Positions 14,621 to 24,804 of a stretch of DNA of 42,021 nucleotides are shown here, piece by piece (positions within the stretch are counted from its first letter, which is position 1; the number at the start of each line of letters is the position of its first letter). Both the position numbers and the translations under genes were made by a program. The stretch lies in the IMG/VR virus record IMGVR_UViG_3300025732_000087, positions 1 through 42,021 of that record; one strand, written 5' to 3'. A model generated the notes under the pieces. The model ran no database searches, was not told the DNA's origin, and saw nothing but the letters and a program-made list of their open reading frames with translations. This DNA comes from a virus. Lineage: Duplodnaviria > Caudoviricetes.

Positions 14621-15000
14621 TGAATATTGAATCTATAACCAAGTTTTACATTCCTATTGCCAAGCCTCTTTCTATGGCAATGGAAAGACAGAAGAAACAT
14701 ATTTCTATAATTGTTCATAAAAAAGAAATAGTTTCAATTGGTCAAAATGAGTACAAGACTCATCCTCAGAGCGTAAAACTTGGTTATAGATATCCAGAGA
14801 TGCATTCAGAATTGGATGCATTTAGAAAAGTTCCAAGAAGTCTTAGGGATAAAAAGTTGATTCTTCTTAATTTTAGATTCAACAGGTTTGGGCATTTTAG
14901 AAATGCAAAGCCTTGTCCTGTTTGCCACAAATGGTGTAAAGATATTTTTCATGATATTTTTTATACTACTGACGATGGGCTTGTTCAGCTGGAGGATTAA
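14620..15000 (+). CDS. Zn-dependent cytidine/adenosine deaminase family protein
   Basis: HSE..PCPVC deaminase motifs; IVSIGQN. Confidence 0.8.
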   Translation: MNIESITKFYIPIAKPLSMAMERQKKHISIIVHKKEIVSIGQNEYKTHPQSVKLGYRYPEMHSELDAFRKVPRSLRDKKLILLNFRFNRFGHFRNAKPCPVCHKWCKDIFHDIFYTTDDGLVQLED

Positions 15001-15563
15001 TGGAAACCCGTAATATTATTGATCATTATGCATACTGGAGAGACGATGCAATCAGGGCTGATCTTGACAATAAGCGCTATAACTATTCAGTTGTGTGTTG
15101 CAATATTGGTAACGATTTTAATATTGCAACCGTTATACGTAATGCTAATGCGTTTTTGGCGAAAGAAGTAATAATTTATGGTAACAAAAAGTATGACCGT
15201 CGTGGGACGGTTGGCACTCATCATTATACCAACTTTCGTCATGTCAAAGGGATTGACAATCTCAATGCCTATTTTGAAGAAAGCATTTCCAAGCATGAGG
15301 GCAAAGTTGAATTGCTTGGAATTGACAATATATGTGAGGCAAAAGACCTAAACCAATTTGAGTTTGATCCAGATATTCATTACATTATGATTTTTGGTCA
15401 GGAACAAATTGGCGTTCCGAGTGATGTACTAAGTATGTGTGATCATGTACTTTACATTCCTCAGTACGGTTCGGTGAGAAGTATTAATGTTGGCTCTGCA
15501 AGTGCAGTTGTGATGAATTCATATTGTTCTGCAGTGCAAGCGACTCTGGGCCCCGGAGTATAA
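15000..15563 (+). CDS. SpoU/TrmH-family RNA 2'-O-methyltransferase
   Basis: NIATVIRNANAF; FGQEQIGV; IPQYGSVRSINVGSA. Confidence 0.88.
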   Translation: METRNIIDHYAYWRDDAIRADLDNKRYNYSVVCCNIGNDFNIATVIRNANAFLAKEVIIYGNKKYDRRGTVGTHHYTNFRHVKGIDNLNAYFEESISKHEGKVELLGIDNICEAKDLNQFEFDPDIHYIMIFGQEQIGVPSDVLSMCDHVLYIPQYGSVRSINVGSASAVVMNSYCSAVQATLGPGV

Positions 15564-15580
15564 TTTTTTGGGGCTTTCCT

Positions 15581-15651
15581 TCCCCGGTGGTGTAACGGTA
15601 GCACAATTGACTCTGACTCAATTTGTCTAGGTTCGAATCCTAGCTGGGGAA
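15581..15651 (+). tRNA. tRNA-Gln (anticodon CTG), CCA not encoded
   Basis: Acceptor TCCCCGG/CTGGGGA; D arm GTGTAACGGTAGCAC; ATTGA-CTCTGAC-TCAAT; T arm CTAGG-TTCGAAT-CCTAG. Confidence 0.93.
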
Positions 15652-15652
15652 T

Positions 15653-15660
15653 TATAAATA
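15653..15660 (+). promoter_or_regulatory. T4 late promoter TATAAATA
   Basis: Exact consensus, 8 nt before ATG 15669. Confidence 0.75.
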
Positions 15661-15668
15661 TTGTTACC

Positions 15669-16028
15669 ATGCAGATTATTACTCCATTTTTAACAATTTT
15701 AAATCAATTAAAAATTTTACATTGGCAAACTAAATCTTATGCTGAACACAAAGCTTTAGGCAAAGCATATGAATCTATAGATCCTCTCGTTGATAATTTT
15801 GTAGAAGTTTATATTGGAAAATACGGAAATATAAACGCAAAAGAAAATTTTAAACTTACTGTTGAAAATTACTCTTCAAAACCTTGCAAGGAGGCAATTG
15901 AAGAGTTTATCAATATGACAGAAAATATTAGAAATAATTTACAGGAATCCGATACAGAACTCCTAAATATTAGCGATGAGATACTAGCTGTTCTACAGCA
16001 AACCAAGTATCTTCTTCGCTTAACATGA
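15669..16028 (+). CDS. Ferritin/Dps-like four-helix protein (DUF5856-type)
   Basis: LHWQTKSYAEHKALG..D.LVD.FVE..G; C-terminal KYLL. Confidence 0.75.
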   Translation: MQIITPFLTILNQLKILHWQTKSYAEHKALGKAYESIDPLVDNFVEVYIGKYGNINAKENFKLTVENYSSKPCKEAIEEFINMTENIRNNLQESDTELLNISDEILAVLQQTKYLLRLT

Positions 16029-16339
16029 AAATTCCAGAACTAACTTACGAAATCCGTTCGTTGGCTCGCAAAGAACAAGATCCTTCTCGCAAGGATCTTT
16101 TTTATCAGGTAGCAAGTCTTCTAGAATACACAGATGATCTTGTGAAACAATGTGATCTTGCCGTTTGCGATGGCCTTAAATCTGGCACAGGACCCATAGA
16201 ACAAAACGGGGAAACAAAATATCCCGTGAATGAACAAGTATTAGGCATGATGGAAGATTTCCTTCATGAACTTGTTCAGCGCGGATATGTAAACGAAAAA
16301 GAACGCTGGGAAGAAATACGAAGATTAGACGCAGCTTAA
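16025..16339 (+). CDS. Hypothetical protein
   Basis: 104-aa ORF overlapping the upstream stop. Confidence 0.7.
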   Translation: MKIPELTYEIRSLARKEQDPSRKDLFYQVASLLEYTDDLVKQCDLAVCDGLKSGTGPIEQNGETKYPVNEQVLGMMEDFLHELVQRGYVNEKERWEEIRRLDAA

Positions 16340-16921
16340 CAAAGCTTTGTACACATTCTTCGGAATTGTTTGATGACTCATTGCCTTGAAATTAGAAGGC
16401 ATTAGTCTTTGTATTCTCTTGCATCTGTATGGGTTCTTTCTGTACATCCAATACTTTCTCGTTTCTTCCATCAAAAAATGTGTATAGATGTAACAGTTTG
16501 CACCTTTGATATATTTCTTTTTATCTATTGGCAATTCATATTTGTCAATTAATTTCACAGCATATTGTTCGCATTCTCTTTCCATCTTTCGAACCCAGTA
16601 AAATGCTTTTTTAATTTCGTTGTCTGTAAATTTTTTACCGGCAAACCAATCATCCATGACTAAACAATATTTGTCTGCTTTTTTATAAATTTTAGATTTT
16701 TGAATCCATTGTAAAAAATGTGAATATTCATGGAGTAAAGTTTCTAAAAAAGTTGTAGAATTTTTGCCAACTTTAATAATTAATTTTGAATCTTCAAAAT
16801 ATCCTGCACAACGGTAACCACCGCAATTTACGGTTTCTCCTCTTCCTAGAACCAATTTTCCGTTATATTTTTTAAGATGTTCACGCACATGTTTTACAAA
16901 CTGGCGATGTTTGTCGTGCAT
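16325..16921 (-). CDS. HExxH zinc metallopeptidase-like protein
   Basis: TLLHEYSHFLQ..E; RBS GGAGG; ATAAATA 16944-16950 (minus). Confidence 0.75.
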   Translation of the reverse strand: MHDKHRQFVKHVREHLKKYNGKLVLGRGETVNCGGYRCAGYFEDSKLIIKVGKNSTTFLETLLHEYSHFLQWIQKSKIYKKADKYCLVMDDWFAGKKFTDNEIKKAFYWVRKMERECEQYAVKLIDKYELPIDKKKYIKGANCYIYTHFLMEETRKYWMYRKNPYRCKRIQRLMPSNFKAMSHQTIPKNVYKALLSCV

Positions 16922-16997
16922 GGGCAGGATCCTCCAGTGTAGTTATTTATGCCATAAAAGCTTAATCTGAACCATTAAAAAATATTGTTTTTTGGTA

Positions 16998-17025
16998 TTG
17001 ACAAAAAAATTTTATATGATACAAT
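16998..17025 (+). promoter_or_regulatory. sigma70-type promoter TTGACA-16-TACAAT
   Basis: Seen directly; TG extension. Confidence 0.75.
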
Positions 17026-17051
17026 ATGCAATAAGAAAGGTTTAAATTTTT

Positions 17052-17288
17052 ATGAACGTTACTACAATTAATCGTCCGACTAAGATTCAGCGTGTTTTTG
17101 ATTACATGTCAGAGGGAAATACTCTGACCCCAGCCCAAGCTCGTGCCCGTTTTCGGGTACGAAATGTTCGGGCAACGATGAGTGACCTACAAGGTGCATT
17201 TGATCGTTTTGGCTATAGTTACGATGTCGTTCGTGAGATGCGAAACGGCAAGAGTCACTATCGCCTCCGTAACACTCGTCGTCGCTAA
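17052..17288 (+). CDS. Small basic winged-helix-like DNA-binding protein
   Basis: KIQRVFDYM..G.TLT..AR.RF.V.NVRA.MSDL..GY..YRL; RBS GAAAGG. Confidence 0.65.
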   Translation: MNVTTINRPTKIQRVFDYMSEGNTLTPAQARARFRVRNVRATMSDLQGAFDRFGYSYDVVREMRNGKSHYRLRNTRRR

Positions 17289-17310
17289 ACTTTACTGTTT
17301 AGCCTTTCGA

Positions 17311-17343
17311 AAGCCCACCTCAAAATTTGAGGTGGGTTTTTTT
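17311..17343 (+). terminator. Intrinsic terminator
   Basis: GCCCACCTCAAA-A-TTTGAGGTGGGT followed by T-run. Confidence 0.85.
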
Positions 17344-17374
17344 ATTGGTCCTAAATAGTGTACGAGAATACATT

Positions 17375-20300
17375 ATGTCAAGAAGATTGTGTTGCTGTGG
17401 ACGCCAACCTAAACCTGAAGCATTCTGCTGCAATCCAGAATTTTATAAAGACTTTATAACTCTTTATGGCGACAGCATGGCCCAGCATGCCGAAGTGAGC
17501 CCAAAAGATTGGATTGCTCTCTATGTTGAGCGACCTGGAAATGGATCAGGCAACTCATGGACTCTTAGTCATCTACCATCATCTTCAGCACCATATACTT
17601 GCAATTGTAATAGCAACGAAATACCAGGATGTGGAAAAGATAATTGCGATTGTGTTTCTGAAAATTATTATTCTGTACCAGATTTTGATCCAAATAGACC
17701 AGAAGATGTGGCTGCGTTAGAACTTGGACGAAAGTCTTGCTGCCAATTGCATAGATTAATAAGTACAACAGATGGCGCAAAGCCAATGTATTTTGCATAC
17801 AAATACTCTGGCTGTAATTTAATTTGGTATCCAAGAGAATTTGCTTTTAACTACGATCCTTATATTGTCCAGTGTAATGGATTTATTACTAGAAGAATAT
17901 TAACTGATACTAATAGAGTTGTTCAGAACTCTTGCCACAATTGGGCAACCCAAGAAAATGCAGGAGCAGCAGGAGATCAAATTCCTAGCCCATGTGAAGA
18001 CCCGCAAGTTGTAGGATATGATGAAATTCTTCCATGTGCTTGTTCACCCCATCCACACATACATGGTGGTATTTATGATTCGTTATATAATAGAGTAAAT
18101 GTAAAACTAAGTCCATATTCACTTGGTTATCTTCCTTTCATGTTGCCATTTAGCCGACCAATGACTGTTGATGAAGCAGGATGTTGCTGGTGTGCTAACA
18201 CAAGTTCGACTAATGCAAATTTTGAAGCATTTAGAAAAGGAAGACAAGCTTGTTTTTTAAAAGGATATCCATATTCCGATGCTGCTGGAAAAACAATAAG
18301 CATTTCAAATGTTTGTGGTCCTGGATTTGATTGCACCGCTGAACGTTCTGGTGTAATTAGTTCAAATCAAAGATATCGCAGAGCTTGTTTTGAAAGAGGC
18401 ATTTCCCCTTATCTTCTTAGATTATCAAAAGAAGAACACAAGATGGCTTATGAAATTTGGGGACACGGAGTAAATGCTTCTACGGTCAATGACTATGGTT
18501 CTTCGTACAATGTTAGAAGCATAGAAATTAAAAGACTTCAAAAGGATATTGTAGTTGAATTCAGAAAAGCAATTGGTCAAAAAACAAAATTAAGGGATCA
18601 ATTTATTGGAACCGTTCATCTAGAGCATCATTTTGAAATGTATGCTTATAGATCTGACGATGCTAGTGCTAGTATAGAAATACAAGCTCTCCAAAACAAT
18701 TGCACTGCTTTGGTTTTACCATATGAAGGGCACGGTGGAATTATATCCAAACGCGGAACCTATAACAGATGGACACCTTGGAAGTTTGATTCCATAATGT
18801 GGCAAGTCAGAAGAGCAATTCCAAGAAGAGTGATGTACAAGGGCTCTGGCGTTCCTTTATTCCAATTTGATTTGGTAAACATGGAAACAATTAGTTTCCA
18901 GAAAAACATTCGTCATAACGGAGATAATTTTGATGGTGCGTTATTTTTATCTCATTATTATAGATATTTTTATGGATTAATTTATTTTAATACTGGAGCC
19001 TGCGAATATATTGGCGATGATCCTGTAGCTCCAGAATGGGACTTCAGTCATTATTTGGATTCATATGATTATGTGAGATTTTGGCTTGAAGAAATGATTG
19101 TAAATGGTGTCATTAAAATAAAGGATCATGCTGTAGATATTGCAAATGAAGTAAACGAAATAATTGCATCCGGCAATCAAACACCCAGCGGAACTTTGGA
19201 GATTGCAGAAGAAGTATTGTTAAAAGTTGGCGGGACCGATGGTTATAGAAATTTAATAAACTTTTTTGGCGTATCCGCAGGAACACAAAACGCTGTTACG
19301 CCAAAAATAATTAAACAAAAACTATTAAATCCAGAAGGAACTTCAACTTGGAGAGGTCCTTCGGGAGACTATGAAACATTTAGGGCTTTCTTGCCAAGAA
19401 GAGCAGTTCTTCCTGCAGCCGAAACAAAAGCTGGTGTTACTGCTTGGGGGTTTACTGGAGATTTTGCAAGATTACAAGAAACCAATTTTGGTATAACCGG
19501 AGCCCCAGATTTAGTTTCTACGGCAATAAACGATTTGCCACCAATTTATAACATAAATGATGAAAATAGCATATTTAATGAAGTATTAAATCCACAAAGA
19601 GTTATTTGCGGGTTGATGGGAGCTTTTATTATTGATGCTAGCGGTAAACTAACCTTGTTTGGTTCCGATCTTGAAAATGCACCAACAGGCGAATCACCAT
19701 GCGAAGGGCTCGGTTCTAACTGGCAACCATATGTTGGTTGTGTTCCTCCATACCTTTTAATTACTAATTTATTCAAAGAAGATGAAGAAAATCCGGGTCA
19801 AATTATTGAAAGACCACCAGAAGAAATTCCAGATGGCCGTGTAATTGATATGGCCTTTAAAAGAGATTTTGCTGTAGCATTAGTTGATTTTGTACAGGGA
19901 GGAATAGCTCAAAATTGTGCGATTGGCCCAGGAAATGATGTAGACTTCAGTCCAGCCGTAGAAGACTCCAGCACATATGATAATGATTTTGGTGGCCCAA
20001 ATGCCAATGTAAATGGAAACAACGAATACATGAAATTTGGTGGTGGAAATTATTGTGCATTGGATGAACCGTTCCATGATGGGGTCGAAAGTGCGGCAAT
20101 CCCAGGAGGGCCAAGAAGTGCATATGAAAGAAGAAAACCAAATGCATATCGTTTGAAATCTTGGGGCTCAAAGGCAAAACAATATGGTACTTTTTGCGGA
20201 TCCAATGCACAAGCAGATTTTGATATTCCTCAAGAATGTACGGTCAGTAAAATAGAATATTTGAGATATAATTCTGAAGTAAACCCAATTCTAGATGGAG

Positions 20301-23300
20301 GTTTTTCTAGAAGGTATCCTGGGACAAACAACTTCTTTATTTGGACTGCAGTATCTTCTGGTGTAAAACACTTAGCTGCAATAGATGATTATGGTGGTAT
20401 TTTTATTACTCCTCAAAGTGATAACTCATTGAATCAATCACAAAAAGGATTAGGCGTAACCTACAGTTCAATATATAAACAAGCACTTGAGACTGGTGCT
20501 CAAAACCCAGAATCATTTAAGTGCATCGATCTTCATAATGGATTGGGTCCAAGATTTAATTATTATCCACATGTACCAAGACCGGGCTACGTAAAAGAAG
20601 AAGAATGGACACAAACTTTTTATAATAATATAACACTTCCAGATACTTCTTACAAAAAAAATATATGCAGTTGTTGGTTTGATTGGGATACATGTGGTCA
20701 AGGGGCTGGAGACGGTCCGGGAGGAGGAGACTCTGAAGTTTGTGCTGGTCCGCTCTATCCATTGTTAGATGCAACCAATCCAATCAGTGGTTGCTGCAGT
20801 GATCCATATCCCCCTGAAGTTTTGGATCTAACATGTGTTCTTTTAGGAAGTCTAGTTCAATATCCCGATTCTGCAGAGCCGTGGGTCCCAAGAGAAAATG
20901 ATGCTCAGCCAAGATATACTAAAGTTGCTTGTGGTCTTTATAATACATTATGTCTAACAAATGAAAATAAATTAGAAATATACGGCTCTTACGTAAAAGT
21001 CACTCCAGAAGGAGAGCCAATAATAGATGAGAATAATCCAGTTATTCCAGCATATGTCCCAGATGCATTGAAACAAAAAGCTGGATCTTGGAATGTCACT
21101 TACGCATGTCCCATTTATTGTGCAGGAACTACACACAGTCCAATTGTAGATTATTCATACAATGAGCCTTCTTCAAATAATGTAATTGAACAAATTGAAA
21201 GCTCTGCAGATTATAGTATTTGTGTTACTGGAGATAAAAAGGTTCACATATGGGGAGATGCTAGCATGGTCCCCGGGGCTTTTGATCCTAATAGTTATCA
21301 GCCCGGTGCAGTTGCATATAGAGTTTTAGATACAGAGTTAACAAATATTACAGAAATTGTTTCTATTGCAGCTGGAGTAAACTCAATTTACATTCATTAT
21401 AAGAAAAATATTGGCGTATCTACTAATGGAATTCCTTTGAGAGCTTCAGTTACGTATGAGTTTACAAGATATAATATAAATGGCACCTCAACAGAAGTTC
21501 CCGATGAAGTACAAAATTCTAGAATAGTTGACATAGGTGCTGGATATTTGCATGCAGTTGTGATTTATAGTAAACGTTTGGAATCAAAAGTTTGGAAAGC
21601 TCAAGATTTTGCTGAGGGAACTTTAAAATATCAATTTAAAGATTTTGCCATCCTTCCATTTTTCTTTAGAAGACAAGCATTTTTCCATGCTTTGCCCGGT
21701 GGTTGGGATTATTCTAAATGGCTTTATGGTGGAGTATGCTGTAGTTCTCTTGAGAATCCTGGCACCAATCCAGTTCGTCAACCGGATCCATGTGCAGTTT
21801 TGAGATATAATATTTTCAATGGTGAAAATGATGAAATGTTATCATATAGCGGGAACCCACATTATTTTTGGATGAGATCCGATTGGAGAAGAGCTACATT
21901 CCAGTCAACAGAAACTGTTCAGATACTAAGAGGAGGTTTCTCAAATGAGCCTCAGTCTTGTCGCCCCGATGTAGGATTACAGGTTACACCAGGAGGATCT
22001 AACTTTTCTTTCATGAGTGCTGTGGTCGGAAAATGTTTAAATCAATTAGGTTTAGCTTGGGGAAGTGCTAGGCCCCTTAAGTCTCAAGTAAGAAGAGATA
22101 TACGTGTACCATTAGCAGAAGAATGTTGGAAGGTCCCTTGCACTACGGACAATAATGTTATATTCGTAAATCCCTTGATTAATAGTGCGGGGAACTTGAC
22201 TGCAATTGGAACCGAGCCCCCGCCAAGAAGTGGATATAAGTCTACAAAAGATTTATTCCAAAAAATGACAATATACTATGGAGATTATGCTCCATCATCA
22301 AATACCTTGCAAGTGTGCCCAATTGCAAAAGCATCTGCTTGGAGTTATTTCAAATATGCTGAAAGACATTATTATTTTGGTTATGATGAAACTAAAGACG
22401 TCTGGGACATTTACGAAAATCCAGATTTCTTAAGAGAAACTTCCGAAACGCCATTTGTATTTGATGATCAGGATCAAGCAACTTCTTTTGGTGTAGGTGG
22501 ATGTACTTTATATGGATTCGGTGGTGCTACGGGCCCTAATGGTGGTGCTTGTGCTGGATGTTGTGGATATTATTCTCTTTATGAATATCCTCTGACGGGC
22601 CCAAACTATGGAATCGAAAATGTTACAGAAACTCCAATTGTTCTAAGCGATACATTTGTACAAAGATTGGTAAATTTTGCGTTAGGCCCAACTACTGAAA
22701 CTTCAAAAACCGGACCAGTCTGCGATAGCTGCTTTGTCGGCATTCAAGTAGAAAATATTCAAAGATATCTGGGTCCAGGCGGGTTCATGTTTAAAGGCGA
22801 TAGAGTTCTAGACAATGTTGTTACAAACAGCATAGGAGAAATTATAGGAACTAGGCCGTTAGCTCCAATGGCTTATAGTCACATTTATAACAGAACCATA
22901 AGAAGGACACAATACGTTAAAAATATGCTATTGGGCGTTGGTACTAATCTGGCAACCTCAACTATTCCTCCAAGTCAATCAAATACAGATTATGAAAAAA
23001 AATCTTTTAGTGATGTTTTAGGCGATCCCTCCTTGACAGAACAATACACGCCTTGGAGATACGGATCCTCCACAAAGTGGATCCCTATTTGTTGGAGGAC
23101 CCCATTTGTTATACCAAATTCAAATCAAAATAGTCTTTCTAGTAAAGATCTTTATTTTAATTATTCTATAGATCAGGGCGACGATAGAAAACAAGTAGAT
23201 GATGATCCAATTAAAAATTCAATTTTTAGAGAAGTGGAATACCGCGTTTCTTCAATACCTATTTTTGGTAATGATACTGGAGATTTTAATGAAAATATTA

Positions 23301-23965
23301 GATTAATTCAAGAATTCATTACAGATCGAAATTATCCCGGACTAGTTTCTCTTGAAAAAGGAGTATTTGAATTTTTTATTCAGTGCAAATCGAAATATGC
23401 AACCAATCCAATTTATTTCTTTGCTAGAGTAAGCAAAATAAAAACAAATGGAGAAATTCAATTAATTACAGAAACTCTTATTGATACCGTTGTAAATCCT
23501 GCTGGTGATTTCAGTTCGCCCACAGATACTGGCCAAGAAGGAAATCCAACTCAAGGAGATTACATAGAACTAAGACTACATTCTTATTTTGATCAAAATA
23601 TTCCAATGGACGAGGAAGACAGATTGTTGGTACAGTTCTTCATAAAGGGAGGAGATCCAAATCCAGTTCCGGAGATAGGGGATAGCATTTTTATAAAGTA
23701 TGAAGATTCCACCCCCTATACATTCAGGAATGAAGATACCGGAGAGATCATTCCACTGGATATTACAAAATATTCAAGGATGCAGTATACCCATGTATCA
23801 GAAGATATAAATCAAACTTGCTTCGGCGGATTTACGGAAACAGATCCTCCAAACGTTATTAGGGCAACAAATATAGATCCTAATATTGTAATTTTAATAT
23901 TGCCTGGACCAATTATAGTGGGCCCTCCGGTTATTTGTGGTGCTTTACCTTGCTGCGGAGAATAA
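17375..23965 (+). CDS. Giant Cys-rich protein with RCC1/BLIP-II-like repeats, probable virion fibre/adhesin (start re-assigned to MSRRLCCCG)
   Basis: KVACGLYNTLCLTNENKLEIYG, IESSADYSICVTGDKKVHIWG, DIGAGYLHAVVI, AVSSGVKHLAAI; CTAAATA at 17351; the track start lies inside the terminator. Confidence 0.8.
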   Translation: MSRRLCCCGRQPKPEAFCCNPEFYKDFITLYGDSMAQHAEVSPKDWIALYVERPGNGSGNSWTLSHLPSSSAPYTCNCNSNEIPGCGKDNCDCVSENYYSVPDFDPNRPEDVAALELGRKSCCQLHRLISTTDGAKPMYFAYKYSGCNLIWYPREFAFNYDPYIVQCNGFITRRILTDTNRVVQNSCHNWATQENAGAAGDQIPSPCEDPQVVGYDEILPCACSPHPHIHGGIYDSLYNRVNVKLSPYSLGYLPFMLPFSRPMTVDEAGCCWCANTSSTNANFEAFRKGRQACFLKGYPYSDAAGKTISISNVCGPGFDCTAERSGVISSNQRYRRACFERGISPYLLRLSKEEHKMAYEIWGHGVNASTVNDYGSSYNVRSIEIKRLQKDIVVEFRKAIGQKTKLRDQFIGTVHLEHHFEMYAYRSDDASASIEIQALQNNCTALVLPYEGHGGIISKRGTYNRWTPWKFDSIMWQVRRAIPRRVMYKGSGVPLFQFDLVNMETISFQKNIRHNGDNFDGALFLSHYYRYFYGLIYFNTGACEYIGDDPVAPEWDFSHYLDSYDYVRFWLEEMIVNGVIKIKDHAVDIANEVNEIIASGNQTPSGTLEIAEEVLLKVGGTDGYRNLINFFGVSAGTQNAVTPKIIKQKLLNPEGTSTWRGPSGDYETFRAFLPRRAVLPAAETKAGVTAWGFTGDFARLQETNFGITGAPDLVSTAINDLPPIYNINDENSIFNEVLNPQRVICGLMGAFIIDASGKLTLFGSDLENAPTGESPCEGLGSNWQPYVGCVPPYLLITNLFKEDEENPGQIIERPPEEIPDGRVIDMAFKRDFAVALVDFVQGGIAQNCAIGPGNDVDFSPAVEDSSTYDNDFGGPNANVNGNNEYMKFGGGNYCALDEPFHDGVESAAIPGGPRSAYERRKPNAYRLKSWGSKAKQYGTFCGSNAQADFDIPQECTVSKIEYLRYNSEVNPILDGGFSRRYPGTNNFFIWTAVSSGVKHLAAIDDYGGIFITPQSDNSLNQSQKGLGVTYSSIYKQALETGAQNPESFKCIDLHNGLGPRFNYYPHVPRPGYVKEEEWTQTFYNNITLPDTSYKKNICSCWFDWDTCGQGAGDGPGGGDSEVCAGPLYPLLDATNPISGCCSDPYPPEVLDLTCVLLGSLVQYPDSAEPWVPRENDAQPRYTKVACGLYNTLCLTNENKLEIYGSYVKVTPEGEPIIDENNPVIPAYVPDALKQKAGSWNVTYACPIYCAGTTHSPIVDYSYNEPSSNNVIEQIESSADYSICVTGDKKVHIWGDASMVPGAFDPNSYQPGAVAYRVLDTELTNITEIVSIAAGVNSIYIHYKKNIGVSTNGIPLRASVTYEFTRYNINGTSTEVPDEVQNSRIVDIGAGYLHAVVIYSKRLESKVWKAQDFAEGTLKYQFKDFAILPFFFRRQAFFHALPGGWDYSKWLYGGVCCSSLENPGTNPVRQPDPCAVLRYNIFNGENDEMLSYSGNPHYFWMRSDWRRATFQSTETVQILRGGFSNEPQSCRPDVGLQVTPGGSNFSFMSAVVGKCLNQLGLAWGSARPLKSQVRRDIRVPLAEECWKVPCTTDNNVIFVNPLINSAGNLTAIGTEPPPRSGYKSTKDLFQKMTIYYGDYAPSSNTLQVCPIAKASAWSYFKYAERHYYFGYDETKDVWDIYENPDFLRETSETPFVFDDQDQATSFGVGGCTLYGFGGATGPNGGACAGCCGYYSLYEYPLTGPNYGIENVTETPIVLSDTFVQRLVNFALGPTTETSKTGPVCDSCFVGIQVENIQRYLGPGGFMFKGDRVLDNVVTNSIGEIIGTRPLAPMAYSHIYNRTIRRTQYVKNMLLGVGTNLATSTIPPSQSNTDYEKKSFSDVLGDPSLTEQYTPWRYGSSTKWIPICWRTPFVIPNSNQNSLSSKDLYFNYSIDQGDDRKQVDDDPIKNSIFREVEYRVSSIPIFGNDTGDFNENIRLIQEFITDRNYPGLVSLEKGVFEFFIQCKSKYATNPIYFFARVSKIKTNGEIQLITETLIDTVVNPAGDFSSPTDTGQEGNPTQGDYIELRLHSYFDQNIPMDEEDRLLVQFFIKGGDPNPVPEIGDSIFIKYEDSTPYTFRNEDTGEIIPLDITKYSRMQYTHVSEDINQTCFGGFTETDPPNVIRATNIDPNIVILILPGPIIVGPPVICGALPCCGE

Positions 23966-23980
23966 ATAGTAGGTACTTAT

Positions 23981-24502
23981 ATGCCAAGTTTATATAATCA
24001 TACACACTTTACATTTAACACAACAGGTATGATGGGTTCGGCTGGAAAACCATTGCAGCTGTTTTTGGACGAAAACGGAAACATCATAAACAGAAATAAA
24101 GTTGAATATGGAAGCTATAATAAAATTATAGATTTTGAATTTAAAAAAGTATTACTGCTCAAAAAACACTACGTTGGTTTGGGTGATGTAATCGATTGGA
24201 TAACAAAAATTACAAAAATTAAAAATTTAATAATTTACCTAACCAGGGGAAATTGTGGGTGCGAAGCCAGAAGAATAAAATTTAACAAATGGTTTAAATT
24301 TTATTGGTTTACCATTAAATTTAGACAAATTTATTCTGATGATTATAATATAATCCCAAAACAAGTTGCATTAATAAAAAATATGATACCAGTTGAATCC
24401 GAAAGACACGAACAAGAACACAAAAAGGCACCAGTTGCCCAGAATCCATTGACTACAAGTCAAATAAAACGATCTTGCAATTGTGGAACAAAGAAAGTAT
24501 AA
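23981..24502 (+). CDS. Hypothetical protein with GLGD..CGC..RR motif
   Basis: GLGDVIDWITK..NCGCEARR; C-terminal CNCG; ATAAATA 23962-23968. Confidence 0.75.
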   Translation: MPSLYNHTHFTFNTTGMMGSAGKPLQLFLDENGNIINRNKVEYGSYNKIIDFEFKKVLLLKKHYVGLGDVIDWITKITKIKNLIIYLTRGNCGCEARRIKFNKWFKFYWFTIKFRQIYSDDYNIIPKQVALIKNMIPVESERHEQEHKKAPVAQNPLTTSQIKRSCNCGTKKV

Positions 24503-24509
24503 TAATATC

Positions 24510-24788
24510 ATGACTAAAGATCTATTAATAAAATTTAAACATGGCGAAGAAATAATTTGCGAGGTCACGGATCTAGGATCTGAGTATTCGCTTATGAATT
24601 GTGCAACACTATATCCTATGGAAAACCAGAGCTGGCATCTTGTAACATGGATGCCATACACGAATGCAAGATATGGAATTAAAATTAAAAAAGAAGATAT
24701 CTTGTTTACGGTTCCGTTGGAGCAAGATATGCAGCAATATTACAATAAATGGAAAGATGCTCTGAACGGCAAGAAGGTTGAAGTTTAA
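24510..24788 (+). CDS. Small Sm-like T4-type hypothetical, related to 14312-14620 (start re-assigned)
   Basis: KFKHGEEIIC..LVTWMPY; promoter TTGCAA-17-TATAAT 24475-24503. Confidence 0.7.
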   Translation: MTKDLLIKFKHGEEIICEVTDLGSEYSLMNCATLYPMENQSWHLVTWMPYTNARYGIKIKKEDILFTVPLEQDMQQYYNKWKDALNGKKVEV

Positions 24789-24804
24789 TATAAATAATTT
24801 TTGA

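Noticed and set aside
17327-17374. Track start of the giant ORF at 17327
   Set aside because: Lies inside a terminator and upstream of the late promoter; ATG 17375 preferred.
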